From: an uncultured Planctomycetia bacterium
GTDB taxonomy: Bacteria; Omnitrophota; Gorgyraeia; Duberdicusellales; 4484-171
Direction: 5' to 3'
Assembly: GCA_964455085.1 (NCBI GenBank)
Contig: CAYVYJ010000003.1
Coordinates: 7,364-71,363, forward strand
Length of the DNA stretch: 64,000 nt
Within the stretch, counting starts at the first letter, position 1; the number at the start of each line of letters is the position of its first letter. Below the pieces are notes generated by a model that saw only the letters and a list, made by a program, of their open reading frames with translations, was not told the origin of the DNA and made no database searches. Both the position numbers and the translations under genes were made by a program. Of this stretch, positions 40,107 to 50,740 are shown one piece after another.

Positions 40107-40129
40107 CCTCGACTTCGTCGAGGTTATTA
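40107..40129 (+). terminator. Putative hairpin terminator after fba (CCTCGAC-TTCG-GTCGAGG + TTATT)
   Basis: Perfect 7-bp stem with a UUCG tetraloop and a short T tract. Confidence 0.4.
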
Positions 40130-40141
40130 AAGGAGGTTAAA

Positions 40142-41797
40142 ATGCGGTCAGATAGAGTCAAAAAAGGTCTAGAGAGGATGCCGAATCGTGCCCTTCTTTA
40201 CGGAACCGGTTTATGCTCTGGCCAGATCAATAAACCTTTTATCGGAATTGCTTCCAGCTTTACTGACCTTATCCCCGGACACATCAATATGCGTACTCTG
40301 GAACGCTATATCGAAAGGGGAGTTGAATCAGGCGGCGGTACCCCTTTTATTTTCGGTGTCCCGGGAATATGCGATGGTATTGCCATGGGACATCAAGGGA
40401 TGAGACAATCGCTTCCTTCGCGAGAGTTAATTGCCGACATCATTGAAAGTGTGGCCTCAGCCCACGCCTTAGACGGATTACTCCTGCTTACTAACTGCGA
40501 TAAAATTACTCCTGGTATGATCATGGGCGCCTTAAGAGTAAACATTCCCACCATCGTAGTTACGGCCGGACCGATGCTGGCTGGACACTTAGGAACTAAG
40601 CGGCTTTCTTTGGTCCGAGATACCTTTGAGGCGGTAGGACGATTTAAGGCTGGTGAGATTAGTGAAGGAAAACGCCAAGGCTTAGAAATTGAAGCTTGCC
40701 CTTCAGCTGGTTCCTGTCAGGGCCTTTACACCGCCAACACTATGGCTTGTTTAACCGAGAGCTTAGGGCTTTCGCTCCCCTTTTGTGCTACTAGCCCAGC
40801 GGTTTTAAACCAGAAAATAAGAATTGCCTATAATAGCGGTCAGCGAATCGTAGAACTAGTAGCTAAAAACTTAAAACCCCGGGATATTGTAAATAAAAAA
40901 TCATTGGAAAATGCAATCCGGGTTGATATGGCGCTGGGTGGCTCAACTAACACTGTCCTTCACCTAATGGCGATTGCTAACGAAGCTAAGGTGAGTTTAA
41001 GCCTGGATGATTTTGACCGCATAAGCAAAAATACGCCGCATATTTCTAACTTAAGACCAGGTGGTGATTATTTTATAGAAGATTTACACTATGCCGGAGG
41101 TATTCCTGCGGTATTGAAGCGACTGATAAACAAATTAAAGGAAAATGAAACTGTTAGCGGACAGAAGATAAAAACCATAGCCAAAGTTGCAAAAATTTAT
41201 GCTAATGATGTAATCCGACCGCTTAAGGAAGCCTATCACAAGCAAGGTGGAATCGCAGTTCTCTATGGTAATTTAGCAACTGAAGGGTCCGTAGTTAAGC
41301 AGACGGCTGTCGAATCCAATATTTTAAAATTCTCAGGTCCGGCTCGGGTCTTCAATTCTGAAGAAGAAGCAATGGCAGCGATTCTGGGAAAAAAGATTAA
41401 AAAAGGAGAGGTCATTGTAATTCGTTACGAAGGGCCAAGTGGCGGACCAGGTATGCGTGAGATGCTGGCACCAACAGCAGCAATTGTCGGATTGGGATTA
41501 TCTAAGCATACCGCCTTAATCACTGACGGCCGTTTCTCTGGCGGAACCCGCGGGCCCTGCATCGGACATATTTCACCGGAAGCTGCTTCTGGTGGGTTAA
41601 TCGCCTACATCAAGAATGGTGACCGAATCCTGATTGATATACCAAAACGGAGGATCGAGGTTAAATTAAGTACTGCTGAGATACTCAAGCGAAAAAAACA
41701 AATCAAACTTCTGCCAGCTAAGGTAAAATCAGGTTATTTGTCGAGGTACGGGAAAATGGCAACCTCGGCATCGAAAGGGGCAGTGTTTAAGGCCTAA
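40142..41797 (+). CDS. ilvD: Dihydroxy-acid dehydratase
   Basis: [12 protein letters not shown] Fe-S motif region and IlvD/EDD-family end SGGTRG. Confidence 0.9.
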   Translation: MRSDRVKKGLERMPNRALLYGTGLCSGQINKPFIGIASSFTDLIPGHINMRTLERYIERGVESGGGTPFIFGVPGICDGIAMGHQGMRQSLPSRELIADIIESVASAHALDGLLLLTNCDKITPGMIMGALRVNIPTIVVTAGPMLAGHLGTKRLSLVRDTFEAVGRFKAGEISEGKRQGLEIEACPSAGSCQGLYTANTMACLTESLGLSLPFCATSPAVLNQKIRIAYNSGQRIVELVAKNLKPRDIVNKKSLENAIRVDMALGGSTNTVLHLMAIANEAKVSLSLDDFDRISKNTPHISNLRPGGDYFIEDLHYAGGIPAVLKRLINKLKENETVSGQKIKTIAKVAKIYANDVIRPLKEAYHKQGGIAVLYGNLATEGSVVKQTAVESNILKFSGPARVFNSEEEAMAAILGKKIKKGEVIVIRYEGPSGGPGMREMLAPTAAIVGLGLSKHTALITDGRFSGGTRGPCIGHISPEAASGGLIAYIKNGDRILIDIPKRRIEVKLSTAEILKRKKQIKLLPAKVKSGYLSRYGKMATSASKGAVFKA

Positions 41798-41829
41798 ATT
41801 GCTTAAGTGATTTTAGGAAACAATTATTG

Positions 41830-41858
41830 TTGACATTATCCTAAGCCTTTGTTATTAT
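41830..41858 (+). promoter_or_regulatory. Putative sigma70 promoter of the mre operon (TTGACA-N17-TATTAT)
   Basis: Read directly; predicts a short SD-less leader to the mreB ATG at 41879. Confidence 0.45.
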
Positions 41859-41878
41859 TTAACCTGCAGAGAAACCAG

Positions 41879-42937
41879 ATGAAAACCTTACAAATAATTA
41901 CCAAGAAAATCAGTAATCTCTTAGGAACGTTTTCTAATGATATCGGTATTGACTTAGGTACCGCCACTACCTTAGTCTATCTGCGCGGAGAGGGTATTGT
42001 TCTCTGCGAACCTTCGGTTTGTGCAATTTATAAAAATAGCGGTATCCCTCTAGCCGTAGGTGAGGAAGCTAAGAGAATGCTGGGCAAGACTCCGGGAAGC
42101 ATTGTTGCCATACGACCGATGAAAGACGGGGTTATTGCTGATTTTGGCGTAACTGAACAGATGTTGCGCTACTTTATAAAAAAAGCCTACCCGCGAAGAA
42201 TAATCATCGGACCAAGAATGGTAGTAGCTGTCCCCTCAGGTATTACTGAAGTGGAGAGACGAGCAGTAAAGGATTCAGCTCACCGAGCCGGAGCCCGTGA
42301 GGTAATCCCGGTAGAGGAGCCGATTGCTGCAGCAATCGGCGTGGGGCTGCCTATTGCCGAACCTCAAGGAAGTATGATTATTGATGTCGGAGGAGGTACT
42401 ACTGAAATTGCGGTTATTTCTCTCGGCGGTATTGTTCATGCTCGTTCGATTCGCGTAGGGGGTGATGAGATGGATATCGCAATCACCGAACATATGAAGA
42501 AAAACTACAATCTCATGGTCGGAGAAAGAACGGCTGAGGAGATAAAAATTAAGGTTGGTTCAGCTTGGCCAATTGATGAAGAGCTAACAATTGAAGTGAG
42601 GGGCCGCGATCTAATTACCGGTCTTCCTAAATTTATTAAAGCCGATTCAGATGAAATAAGAAGTGCTCTGGAAAGCCCCTTGCGGGAAATTGCCGAAGCA
42701 ACAAAAGTTACTTTGGAGAGGACACCACCGGAATTAGCTGCAGATTTAATCGAGAGAGGGATTGTTCTTTGTGGCGGAGGAGCGCTCCTAAGAGGATTGG
42801 ATAAATTAATCTCCGAGGAGACCGGTTTAGCTTGTTTTGTGGCTGATGATCCCTTAACTGCGGTAGCATTAGGGACAGGAAAAATTTTGGAAGAGCCTAA
42901 ATTCTTAAAGAAGCTTTCCCTTGTATCTTCCTTCTAA
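41879..42937 (+). CDS. mreB: Rod shape-determining protein MreB
   Basis: [17 protein letters not shown] actin-fold phosphate-1 motif; the ORF-track TTG at 41849 is unlikely given the promoter. Confidence 0.9.
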   Translation: MKTLQIITKKISNLLGTFSNDIGIDLGTATTLVYLRGEGIVLCEPSVCAIYKNSGIPLAVGEEAKRMLGKTPGSIVAIRPMKDGVIADFGVTEQMLRYFIKKAYPRRIIIGPRMVVAVPSGITEVERRAVKDSAHRAGAREVIPVEEPIAAAIGVGLPIAEPQGSMIIDVGGGTTEIAVISLGGIVHARSIRVGGDEMDIAITEHMKKNYNLMVGERTAEEIKIKVGSAWPIDEELTIEVRGRDLITGLPKFIKADSDEIRSALESPLREIAEATKVTLERTPPELAADLIERGIVLCGGGALLRGLDKLISEETGLACFVADDPLTAVALGTGKILEEPKFLKKLSLVSSF

Positions 42938-43646
42938 AATAAAACTTAAAATTCTAGTTCTAGCTGCCCTGGTTGGATTTCTGTTTTTTTTGCCATTTAA
43001 GGGTGTGTTCCAAAGTTTATTGTCATTTCTTTCTCATCAATTAACCGTTACTCCCCAAGAATCCTTCCAGCAAATAAAAAAATTTGAAAAAGAAAATATT
43101 ACCTTACAACTGCAGCTTGAAACTTCTCAAATTCTCAAAGCAGAAAATCAACGGCTTAAAAGCATACTCGACTTTCGAAATGAGGAAAAAATTGATTTAA
43201 TCGGAGCTAATGTCATCAGCTTCTCGCCTTCAAGCTGGCGACGATATCTCTTAATCGACGCAGGAAAGGATCGGGGAGTAAAAGAAGGACTCCTGGTAGT
43301 CGATGAAAAGGGAAAATTAATCGGCAAGGTTAGCGAAACTAAAGCTACTCACGCCGGGCTTACCTTAGTTAACGATCCAAATTTTAGCTTGGCGGTATTT
43401 GTCGGTGAAAGTGCCAGCGGCCTGCTTCGGGGAAACTTAACCGGAGCTAAGATTTTGTATATCGAAGATGCCGACAATGTAAAGGTTAACGATAGAGTCT
43501 GGGTAAAGGTATCAACTCAACCTTCATCGATTACCATCGGAGAAGTCGCCAGCGTTAAAAAGAGCAAAAATCAGCTTTTTTGCGATATCAAAGTAAGCTT
43601 ATCCCAGCCAGGAGCCTTTTTTAAACAAGTATTTATAATCAAATGA
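42921..43646 (+). CDS. mreC: Rod shape-determining protein MreC
   Basis: N-terminal TM, coiled coil, C-terminal beta domains; operon context. Confidence 0.7.
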   Translation: MYLPSKIKLKILVLAALVGFLFFLPFKGVFQSLLSFLSHQLTVTPQESFQQIKKFEKENITLQLQLETSQILKAENQRLKSILDFRNEEKIDLIGANVISFSPSSWRRYLLIDAGKDRGVKEGLLVVDEKGKLIGKVSETKATHAGLTLVNDPNFSLAVFVGESASGLLRGNLTGAKILYIEDADNVKVNDRVWVKVSTQPSSITIGEVASVKKSKNQLFCDIKVSLSQPGAFFKQVFIIK

Positions 43647-44125
43647 AAAGATTAAACTCTCAGCTCCTGATTTCGTTTTTACTTCTTTTTTTTCTTGATC
43701 TGGCAAGACCTCTGGGTTATTCTTTAATAACAGAATTTCTTTTATTAGGGATTATCTTTATCTCCTTAAATAGCGATCTTTTATCGGGACTTATTCTCGG
43801 TATCGCTTTTGGTCTTTTTGCTGATTACTTGAGTCCCACTCTGCGACCTTTGAGATCCCTCGAGCTTCCCCTTATTTGCTTTCTAAACCACTACCTTTTT
43901 TCTTGCTTCCGTTTTGTAGATAAGAAAAAACAAGTTTTAATGGTAAAAAACTCTTTGGTGTTCCTGGCACTGATTATTCACATCATACTCAATACCCTTG
44001 GCACCGGCTTGATTTTACCGCTTTTTTGGATACAATTTTTTATACAGTCGGCCTTAATCTATTTTGCTCTGGATTACTTCTTGCTAAGGAATAAAACTAC
44101 CTACTCCTTTAAAGTAATCCGATAA
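43643..44125 (+). CDS. mreD: Rod shape-determining protein MreD
   Basis: Small polytopic membrane protein in the conserved position. Confidence 0.5.
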   Translation: MKRLNSQLLISFLLLFFLDLARPLGYSLITEFLLLGIIFISLNSDLLSGLILGIAFGLFADYLSPTLRPLRSLELPLICFLNHYLFSCFRFVDKKKQVLMVKNSLVFLALIIHIILNTLGTGLILPLFWIQFFIQSALIYFALDYFLLRNKTTYSFKVIR

Positions 44126-44141
44126 ATTATAAAGATTAGTC

Positions 44142-45827
44142 ATGAACCGAATCAAAAAAGTCTATCTGGCTGGATTTTGTCTGCTGATCTTAGCCTTATT
44201 CTTTTATCAAATCATTAACGGTAACTATTACCGACAACGGGCTCAGAATAATTATGTTCGTCTTATCCCGCAGGCGGCAATCCGAGGCTCAATTTTTGAC
44301 CGCAAGGCTAATCTTCTTGCCTATGACCGGGCAATATTCAACATCAGTATCATTCCCCAGGAAATTAAAAAAGCAAAAAGTTCTTTATTTGAAAGTTTAG
44401 CCGAATTTCTAAATTACGATTTATCTCTAATTAAGAAAAATTACCAAGAGAATTTTAAGAACCCTTTTAGTCCCGTAAATATAATCCTTGATGTCGATAA
44501 AGCTACTGCCTTAAGACTTAAAGCGGAGTTTCGGGATTTAATTTTAATTAACTCCCAACCCCAACGATATTATCCTTATGCCCAAAATTTTGCTCACCTC
44601 ATTGGTTATGTGAAAGAAGCAACCTCACACTATGAGCAGTTGAAAAAATACGGTTACCAGCCCTTGGAGCGGGTAGGCTTTTTAGGGCTTGAGCAGTATT
44701 ATAACGCCTATCTTAGAGGTGAGGATGGTGGAGATTTAATAGAAGTAGATGCCCGGGGACGAGTAGTTGGATTCCTCGGCCAAAGGCACCCTGAGAAAGG
44801 TGCTGATATCTACCTTACTGTCGACAGTCAAATACAAAATCTTGGCTTTGAAGTCTTAGGGAAACAAAAAGGGGTAATTATTCTCATGGACTCACTAACC
44901 GGTGAAGTTATTTCTCTCTGTTCTTCGCCCTCCTTTAACCCTAACAATTTTACAAAGGGTGAGGATGTCGCAAGATTTCTTAACAATCGACATAGCCCCT
45001 TAATCAATCGGGCTCTCCAGGCAACTTATCCGATCGGATCCACTTTTAAGCCCCTGGCTGCCCTGGCTGCCCTAGAAGAGGGGGCAGTATCCCCAGCTAA
45101 AACATTCCTCTGCACCGGCAAGGTAAAAATTGGTCTGTCTGAATTTGGTTGCTGGGATATTCATAATGTTCAAAATCTTTATCCGGCCCTGGCTCACTCC
45201 TGTAACTCTTATTTTTATAATCTCGGCTTGAACCTAGGACCAAATGCCTTATCCCGCTGGGCAAAAAAGTTTGGTCTCGATTCATTAACCGGGATTGACT
45301 TACCTTATGAAAAAAACGGCTTCGTTCCTACACTTCGCTGGAAAAAGAAAACCCTAAAACAAAATTGGTTCATAGGGGATACCCTTAATTTCTCCATCGG
45401 CCAAGGGTTCCTGGAGGCAACACCCTTGGAGGCTGTGGTAGCAATCAATGTCTTTGCCAGCGACGGTTACCTGGTAAAACCGTATATCTTAAAGAAGGTA
45501 AATCAAACTCCTTCAGGATTAGTTTCAAAAACTTACCTCAAAGGCCATAAAAAAAACTTTCAAGCGGTTAAGCGAGGCTTAAGAGGAGCTGTTGGTGATG
45601 CTACCGGTACCGCAGAACTCCTTAATACCTTAGGCTTAGATATGTCCGGTAAGACCGGCACAGCTCAAAATAACCGAGCACCCCACGGATGGTTTGTGGG
45701 ATATTTTCCCTACAAAGATACAAAGTATACAATCTGTGTGTTTTTAGAAAATGGCGGCTCAAGCTATGAAGCGTTAAAGGTTACCTATAAATTCCTTAAA
45801 AAAATAAAAGAATCAGACCTTCTTTAA
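44142..45827 (+). CDS. mrdA: Penicillin-binding protein 2 (elongasome transpeptidase)
   Basis: STFKP active-site motif, SCN (HSCNSYF) and KTGTA motifs. Confidence 0.85.
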   Translation: MNRIKKVYLAGFCLLILALFFYQIINGNYYRQRAQNNYVRLIPQAAIRGSIFDRKANLLAYDRAIFNISIIPQEIKKAKSSLFESLAEFLNYDLSLIKKNYQENFKNPFSPVNIILDVDKATALRLKAEFRDLILINSQPQRYYPYAQNFAHLIGYVKEATSHYEQLKKYGYQPLERVGFLGLEQYYNAYLRGEDGGDLIEVDARGRVVGFLGQRHPEKGADIYLTVDSQIQNLGFEVLGKQKGVIILMDSLTGEVISLCSSPSFNPNNFTKGEDVARFLNNRHSPLINRALQATYPIGSTFKPLAALAALEEGAVSPAKTFLCTGKVKIGLSEFGCWDIHNVQNLYPALAHSCNSYFYNLGLNLGPNALSRWAKKFGLDSLTGIDLPYEKNGFVPTLRWKKKTLKQNWFIGDTLNFSIGQGFLEATPLEAVVAINVFASDGYLVKPYILKKVNQTPSGLVSKTYLKGHKKNFQAVKRGLRGAVGDATGTAELLNTLGLDMSGKTGTAQNNRAPHGWFVGYFPYKDTKYTICVFLENGGSSYEALKVTYKFLKKIKESDLL

Positions 45828-45830
45828 GCA

Positions 45831-46919
45831 ATGTTTAATCTGGGAGCGGTTAAATTAAAATTATCGGGCCTTAAGACAATTATCATCTGCATAATCATCC
45901 TTAATCTCTTAAGCTTATTATCAATTTACAGTAGCCTTCATCAAGGTGGAGAGTTCCTGGAGCGGCAGATTCTTTATAAGCAAATTCTCTGGATTGCTGC
46001 TTCCTGGATTTTGATACTTTTTCTTGCCCGGGTAAATTACCGAATATATTTTGGCATCGGCTATATACTCTACGCCCTAAACATAATCTTACTCTTAGCC
46101 GTATCTTTTTTCGGAAAAACCGTAATGGGAGCCCAGCGCTGGATTTCAATCTTGGGTATTACTTTCCAACCCTCGGAAATATCCAAAATTGCTATAATTA
46201 TCCTTCTGGCCAGGGTTCTTTCGCAGAACGAACAGAAAGGCCCAAAGGGATTCCTGCTCCCTTTGAGTCTAGTTGCATTCAATGCCCTGGTTATTTTTAA
46301 ACAACCAGATTTAGGTACAGCTTTAATCATTGTTTTTCTTTTTATTGGCCTGGGACTATTTTCCCGGATAAGTAAACGCTACTTTTTAGCCCTTTTTCTG
46401 ATTGGACTACTTCTTGCTCCTTTTGGCTTAAGCCAGCTCAAAGACTACCAACGCCAAAGGTTAACCGTCTTCATCAATCCCAGTGTTGATCCTCTTGGTT
46501 CTGGATACACAATTATTCAATCAAAGATTGCAGTTGGTTCAGGTAGGCTGACCGGCCAGGGATTCCTGGCTGGAACCCAGAATCAATTCAACTTCCTTCC
46601 TGAGAGACACACCGACTTTATATTCACCGTAATTGCTGAAGAGTGGGGATTTATTGGTGCATTATTCCTGCTGCTAATTTACTGGTTAATCTTAAAAAAA
46701 ATTTTGGAAAAAACTAAGGAGCTAGCTGATCCCTTTGCCTCCTACCTTTGCTTGGGGATAAGCTTACTCTTTTTCATCCATATCTTTATTAATATCGGTA
46801 TGACCTTAGGGATACTTCCGGTAGTAGGCCTGCCCTTGATCTTCCTTAGTTATGGCGGAACTAACCTTTTCGTTAACTCTATCCTCTTAGGAATCTTCTT
46901 AAATATTGCTCAGCGATGA
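45831..46919 (+). CDS. rodA: Peptidoglycan glycosyltransferase RodA (SEDS family)
   Basis: SEDS polytopic pattern (QPSEISKIAIII, FIFTVIAEEWGFIG). Confidence 0.85.
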   Translation: MFNLGAVKLKLSGLKTIIICIIILNLLSLLSIYSSLHQGGEFLERQILYKQILWIAASWILILFLARVNYRIYFGIGYILYALNIILLLAVSFFGKTVMGAQRWISILGITFQPSEISKIAIIILLARVLSQNEQKGPKGFLLPLSLVAFNALVIFKQPDLGTALIIVFLFIGLGLFSRISKRYFLALFLIGLLLAPFGLSQLKDYQRQRLTVFINPSVDPLGSGYTIIQSKIAVGSGRLTGQGFLAGTQNQFNFLPERHTDFIFTVIAEEWGFIGALFLLLIYWLILKKILEKTKELADPFASYLCLGISLLFFIHIFINIGMTLGILPVVGLPLIFLSYGGTNLFVNSILLGIFLNIAQR

Positions 46920-48562
46920 TTGATTTTACCAATTTCCAAAAACCCCAGAGGTATATTGGCAATGAATGGAATGTGCTAACCAGAACGCACTCAGGAAAGA
47001 TAAATGTCTGTCTCTCTTATCCGGATCTTTACGAAATCGGAATGAGTAATCTGGGAATAAGAATTATCTATGGCCTGCTTAATCAATACCCTGAGATAGC
47101 CTGTGAACGGGTATTTATGCCGGCTAATGATTTACTCCGTTTCTTAAAAGAAAAAGGCGAAAAATTATTTTCATTAGAAAGCCAACGTCCCTTAAATGAA
47201 TTTGAAATTTTAGGCTTCCATCTCGGCTGTGAACTAAACTTTACTAACATGCTTAATATTCTGGACTTAGGCGGTATCCTCTTAAGAGCCGAGGAGAGAA
47301 GCGAAACCATAGTCATCGGCGGCGGCATTGCTAATCCTGAACCGCTGGCTGAATTTATCGACCTATTTTTACTTGGTGAGTTTGAAGAAGTGGCTGAGCA
47401 ATTTACCGGGGTTTTAAAACAATACACCAATAAAGAAGAGAGACTAAAGGCCTTTGCTCAAATCAAGGGGTTTTATGTGCCTAAATTTTACTCGGTGTCA
47501 TTTAAAAATAATCGCTATAGTTTTGTTAAAAAATACTCCTTAGCAATGCTTCCTCTAAACCGGGTCTACCTTAAGGACCTTGATCAGGGCTACTATCCTG
47601 CTCAGTGGCTTACTCCTCATACTCAAATCACTCATGACCGAGCCCAGATTGAAATCGCCCGGGGTTGCCCCAACCAGTGCAGATTTTGTCAGGCCCGGGC
47701 ATTATATTGGCCCTACCGTCAAAGAAGCCTGGTCAAAATTAAACAAATGATCGAAGAAATCTATAAGTGGAGTGGCTATGAGGACTTCTCCCTTCTTTCC
47801 CTTTCGGCATCTGACTATTCTGACATCCAGGGACTGATTGCTGAGGTCTGGGATTATTGCAAAAGCCGACGGATCGGACTATCACTACCTTCCCTGCGTA
47901 TTGACGATATTCTCGGACCGTTATATCAGCAACTTAGCACACTTAAAAAAACTTCGCTGACGGTTGCTGTTGAGGCACCGCGCGATTGCCTGCGGAAAAA
48001 ATTAAATAAAAACTGTGATATCAATAAATTATTCGAAGCAGCCCGGCTAATCCGAAAACTGGGAGCAAAAAAACTCAAACTCTACTTTATGTTTGGCTTT
48101 CCTGATGAGGCCCAAGAAGACTTAATTGCTATCGGTGAGTTTCTCAACCGGCTGCGAAGAAATAGTCAGATTGAGCTTAATGCCAGTATAAATATGTTTA
48201 TACCCAAACCCTTATCACTCTGGCAAAGTACGATTATGGATAGTCTAGAAAGACTTGAGGCGAAGCGAGAGACCATAATCGGAAATATCCCGAAGACTTC
48301 TCAGATTAAATTTTCCCTATCCTCGGCTAAAAAAACTATTTTAGAGGCAATTATCGCCCGGGCTGATAGAAAGTTTTCAAAAGTTATCTACCGAGCTTAT
48401 CAATTGGGAGCCCGATATGATGGACATAATGAGTATTTTTCCTGGAATATCTGGGAAAAGTCAATGAGTGAGGAGGGAGTAGATTATCAAACTTATCTTT
48501 ACCAGGATCGCCAGAACCATCCTTGGTCGTTAATTAGTTCGGAAAATGGATCATGCAAATAA
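46916..48562 (+). CDS. Radical SAM protein with N-terminal B12-binding-like domain (TIGR03960-like)
   Basis: GCPNQCRFC CxxxCxxC radical-SAM cluster motif; QRYIGNEWN N-terminal block; ATGA overlap with the rodA stop. Confidence 0.75.
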   Translation: MIDFTNFQKPQRYIGNEWNVLTRTHSGKINVCLSYPDLYEIGMSNLGIRIIYGLLNQYPEIACERVFMPANDLLRFLKEKGEKLFSLESQRPLNEFEILGFHLGCELNFTNMLNILDLGGILLRAEERSETIVIGGGIANPEPLAEFIDLFLLGEFEEVAEQFTGVLKQYTNKEERLKAFAQIKGFYVPKFYSVSFKNNRYSFVKKYSLAMLPLNRVYLKDLDQGYYPAQWLTPHTQITHDRAQIEIARGCPNQCRFCQARALYWPYRQRSLVKIKQMIEEIYKWSGYEDFSLLSLSASDYSDIQGLIAEVWDYCKSRRIGLSLPSLRIDDILGPLYQQLSTLKKTSLTVAVEAPRDCLRKKLNKNCDINKLFEAARLIRKLGAKKLKLYFMFGFPDEAQEDLIAIGEFLNRLRRNSQIELNASINMFIPKPLSLWQSTIMDSLERLEAKRETIIGNIPKTSQIKFSLSSAKKTILEAIIARADRKFSKVIYRAYQLGARYDGHNEYFSWNIWEKSMSEEGVDYQTYLYQDRQNHPWSLISSENGSCK

Positions 48563-48855
48563 CTAAATACCCACTTAAGGTAACTCTCACTAAGCGCGGG
48601 AAGATGATTTATTTCTCGCAAATCGATTTAATACATCTCCTGGAACGGGCCCTAAGAAGAACTGATTTACCGCTTTATTTTACGCAAGGATTCAGGCCAC
48701 ATGTTAAAATCAGTTTATTGACTGGCTTAAAAGTGGGGCAGGAAGGTGAAATCAAGGCAGTTTTTTATTTTAGCCAAAGTATTTCCCTTAACTGCTTAAA
48801 GCAAGCTTTAGCCAATCAACTCCCTCAAGGATTAGCAATTGCCTCAATCAACTGA
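48553..48855 (+). CDS. Radical-SAM-linked small protein (DUF2344/TIGR03936-like)
   Basis: Small partner ORF overlapping the rSAM 3' end, with QGFRPH motif. Confidence 0.55.
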   Translation: MQITKYPLKVTLTKRGKMIYFSQIDLIHLLERALRRTDLPLYFTQGFRPHVKISLLTGLKVGQEGEIKAVFYFSQSISLNCLKQALANQLPQGLAIASIN

Positions 48856-48892
48856 TAAGATATTTATTAAAGGTAGAAATAGAGGAGGAGGA

Positions 48893-49252
48893 TTAACGCT
48901 TAAGTAAGGCAGCCTTGATTCGTCTGGCTTTGAAGAACTTTTTAGTGAAGTTTTTAGCTCTGGACTGATCATACTTCTTGCAAGAGAAAATGTTAATATA
49001 GGCAGTAGACCAGTGCTCAGAGAAATGACCGGTTATCGAGCTAGTTTCGATTAACTGGACCAAGGAATAACCCTTAGTAAAGGCTTTCTTTTCGCCAAAG
49101 TAAGGCAGCAGGGTTTTCCCGTATTTTTTCATTTTTATCAGCTTACATAACTTATTAGTATATTCCTGTAATTTCTTTTTAGAAGAAATTATAGTCAGAT
49201 CACACCCATAAAGGTCCATAACTAACTCGTAACCAAACAATCTTTTTGCCAT
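48893..49252 (-). CDS. Small pyruvoyl-type S-adenosylmethionine decarboxylase proenzyme homolog (class 1b SpeD/SpeH-like)
   Basis: MDLYGCD N-terminus and LIETSSITGHFSE self-processing-site region resembling the ESH...HTWPE block; AAGGAGGTGA RBS. Confidence 0.65.
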   Translation of the reverse strand: MAKRLFGYELVMDLYGCDLTIISSKKKLQEYTNKLCKLIKMKKYGKTLLPYFGEKKAFTKGYSLVQLIETSSITGHFSEHWSTAYINIFSCKKYDQSRAKNFTKKFFKARRIKAALLKR

Positions 49253-49468
49253 TTAATCACCTCCTTTTAAAAAATTGTCTCTAGTTTTGAAATGGGTATT
49301 TGATGGAAGGAAGAAGAGGGGGGCGTAACACAAAGAATCGCCTATAAAGCGAACCCTTGTGCATCTTAAGTGTCCGTCAGTCGGGTGATTTTTTTCTGTC
49401 ACCATCCTTTTTTATTATTTTTTTATTCTTATATAGCATAAAAGCTAATCATTCCTGTAATTTAAGTT

Positions 49469-49497
49469 TTTATATCACATTTTTATCGTTTTGGCAA
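49469..49497 (-). promoter_or_regulatory. Putative minus-strand sigma70 promoter (TTGCCA-N17-TATAAA, TGa extended -10) driving the AdoMetDC-like gene through a ~215-nt leader
   Basis: Read on the reverse complement; sits just past the stop of the upstream dehydrogenase gene. Confidence 0.35.
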
Positions 49498-49504
49498 GAG
49501 TTTT

Positions 49505-50722
49505 TTAACTGGTTTCCCGAATTTCTGTGGGGAGTCCGATCCTATTCAGTAATTCAATAAAGGGATCAGGATCTAGCTCCTCAACATTAACCATAGCTTT
49601 CCTATCCCAGATACCCTTAGCTACCAGTATGGCTGCGGCAACCGGCGGAACACCAGCAGTATAGCAGATAGCTTGAGATTCTACTTCCCTATAACATGCA
49701 GCATGGTCACAGTTATTGTAAATAAAAATTTCTTTATCTTTACCGTCTTTGCTGCCGCGAATTAAGTTTCCGATACAGGTTTTCCCGCTATAGCCAGGTG
49801 CTAAAGAAAGAGGGTCAGGCAAAACAGCCTTTAGAACCTTAAGCGGTACCACCTCAACTCCCTCGGCAGTTGTCACCGGCTTAACCGAAGTCAATCCCAG
49901 TTTAGTAAGGACCGTAAAAATATTTATATAGTGGTCGCTAAAACCCATCCAGAACCGGATGCTGTTGGCATCGATATTCTTGGATAAGGAGTGAATTTCA
50001 TCGTGACCACTTAAATAGACTGTCTGTTCGCCGACTACCGGAAAATCATAAATTCTCTTTATTGAATGGATTTTGTTGGCTACCCATTTTCGATTAATCC
50101 AAGACCAGGCTTTTATAAATTCGCGGAAATTTATTTCCGGATCAAAGTTAGTTGCGAAATATTTACCGTGTTCTCCGGCATTAACGTCCATTATGTCAAT
50201 TGTATCAATAGTATCAAAATGATGTTTAACAGCAAGCGCAGAGTAGGCATTTACAACTCCGGGGTCAAACCCTACGCCAAGAATAACGGTAATCCCTTTT
50301 TCTTGGCAGATGTCCTTACGTTTCCATTCATAGTTTGCATACCAGGGGGGATCCTCACAAGGCTTATCCGGTTCCTCATGGACTGCGGTATCCATGTAGG
50401 CGACACCAGCCTGGATACAAGCCTCAAGCAGTGATTTGTTTACGTAGGCAGTAGCGAGATTAATTACGATCTGGGAGTTAGTTTCCTTTATCAGTTTTAC
50501 TGTAGCCGGGATATCGTAGACATCTATCTGGCGCGAGTAAAGTTTTTTAGTTTTATCCTTTAAGCTACTCCTTCGTTTAATGCTTTCGATGATCGCATCA
50601 CACTTATGCTGCTTTCTTGATGCAATACAGATATCACCTAAGAGATCATTGTTTTGTGCGCACTTATGCCCTGCCACATGAGCAACCCCACCAGCACCGA
50701 TAATCAACACATTTTTTTTCAT
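49505..50722 (-). CDS. Carboxy(nor)spermidine dehydrogenase (saccharopine dehydrogenase family)
   Basis: N-terminal NVLIIGAGGVAHVAGHKCAQ Rossmann region and ~400 aa length. Confidence 0.65.
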   Translation of the reverse strand: MKKNVLIIGAGGVAHVAGHKCAQNNDLLGDICIASRKQHKCDAIIESIKRRSSLKDKTKKLYSRQIDVYDIPATVKLIKETNSQIVINLATAYVNKSLLEACIQAGVAYMDTAVHEEPDKPCEDPPWYANYEWKRKDICQEKGITVILGVGFDPGVVNAYSALAVKHHFDTIDTIDIMDVNAGEHGKYFATNFDPEINFREFIKAWSWINRKWVANKIHSIKRIYDFPVVGEQTVYLSGHDEIHSLSKNIDANSIRFWMGFSDHYINIFTVLTKLGLTSVKPVTTAEGVEVVPLKVLKAVLPDPLSLAPGYSGKTCIGNLIRGSKDGKDKEIFIYNNCDHAACYREVESQAICYTAGVPPVAAAILVAKGIWDRKAMVNVEELDPDPFIELLNRIGLPTEIRETS

Positions 50723-50740
50723 TTTAACCTGCCTCCGAAG

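Noticed and set aside
49357-49560. 67-aa plus-strand ORF in the speD-like leader region
   Set aside because: It lies in AT-rich promoter/leader DNA of a minus-strand gene and overlaps the CASDH stop. The translation is Phe/Leu-rich as expected from poly-T DNA, and there is no RBS.
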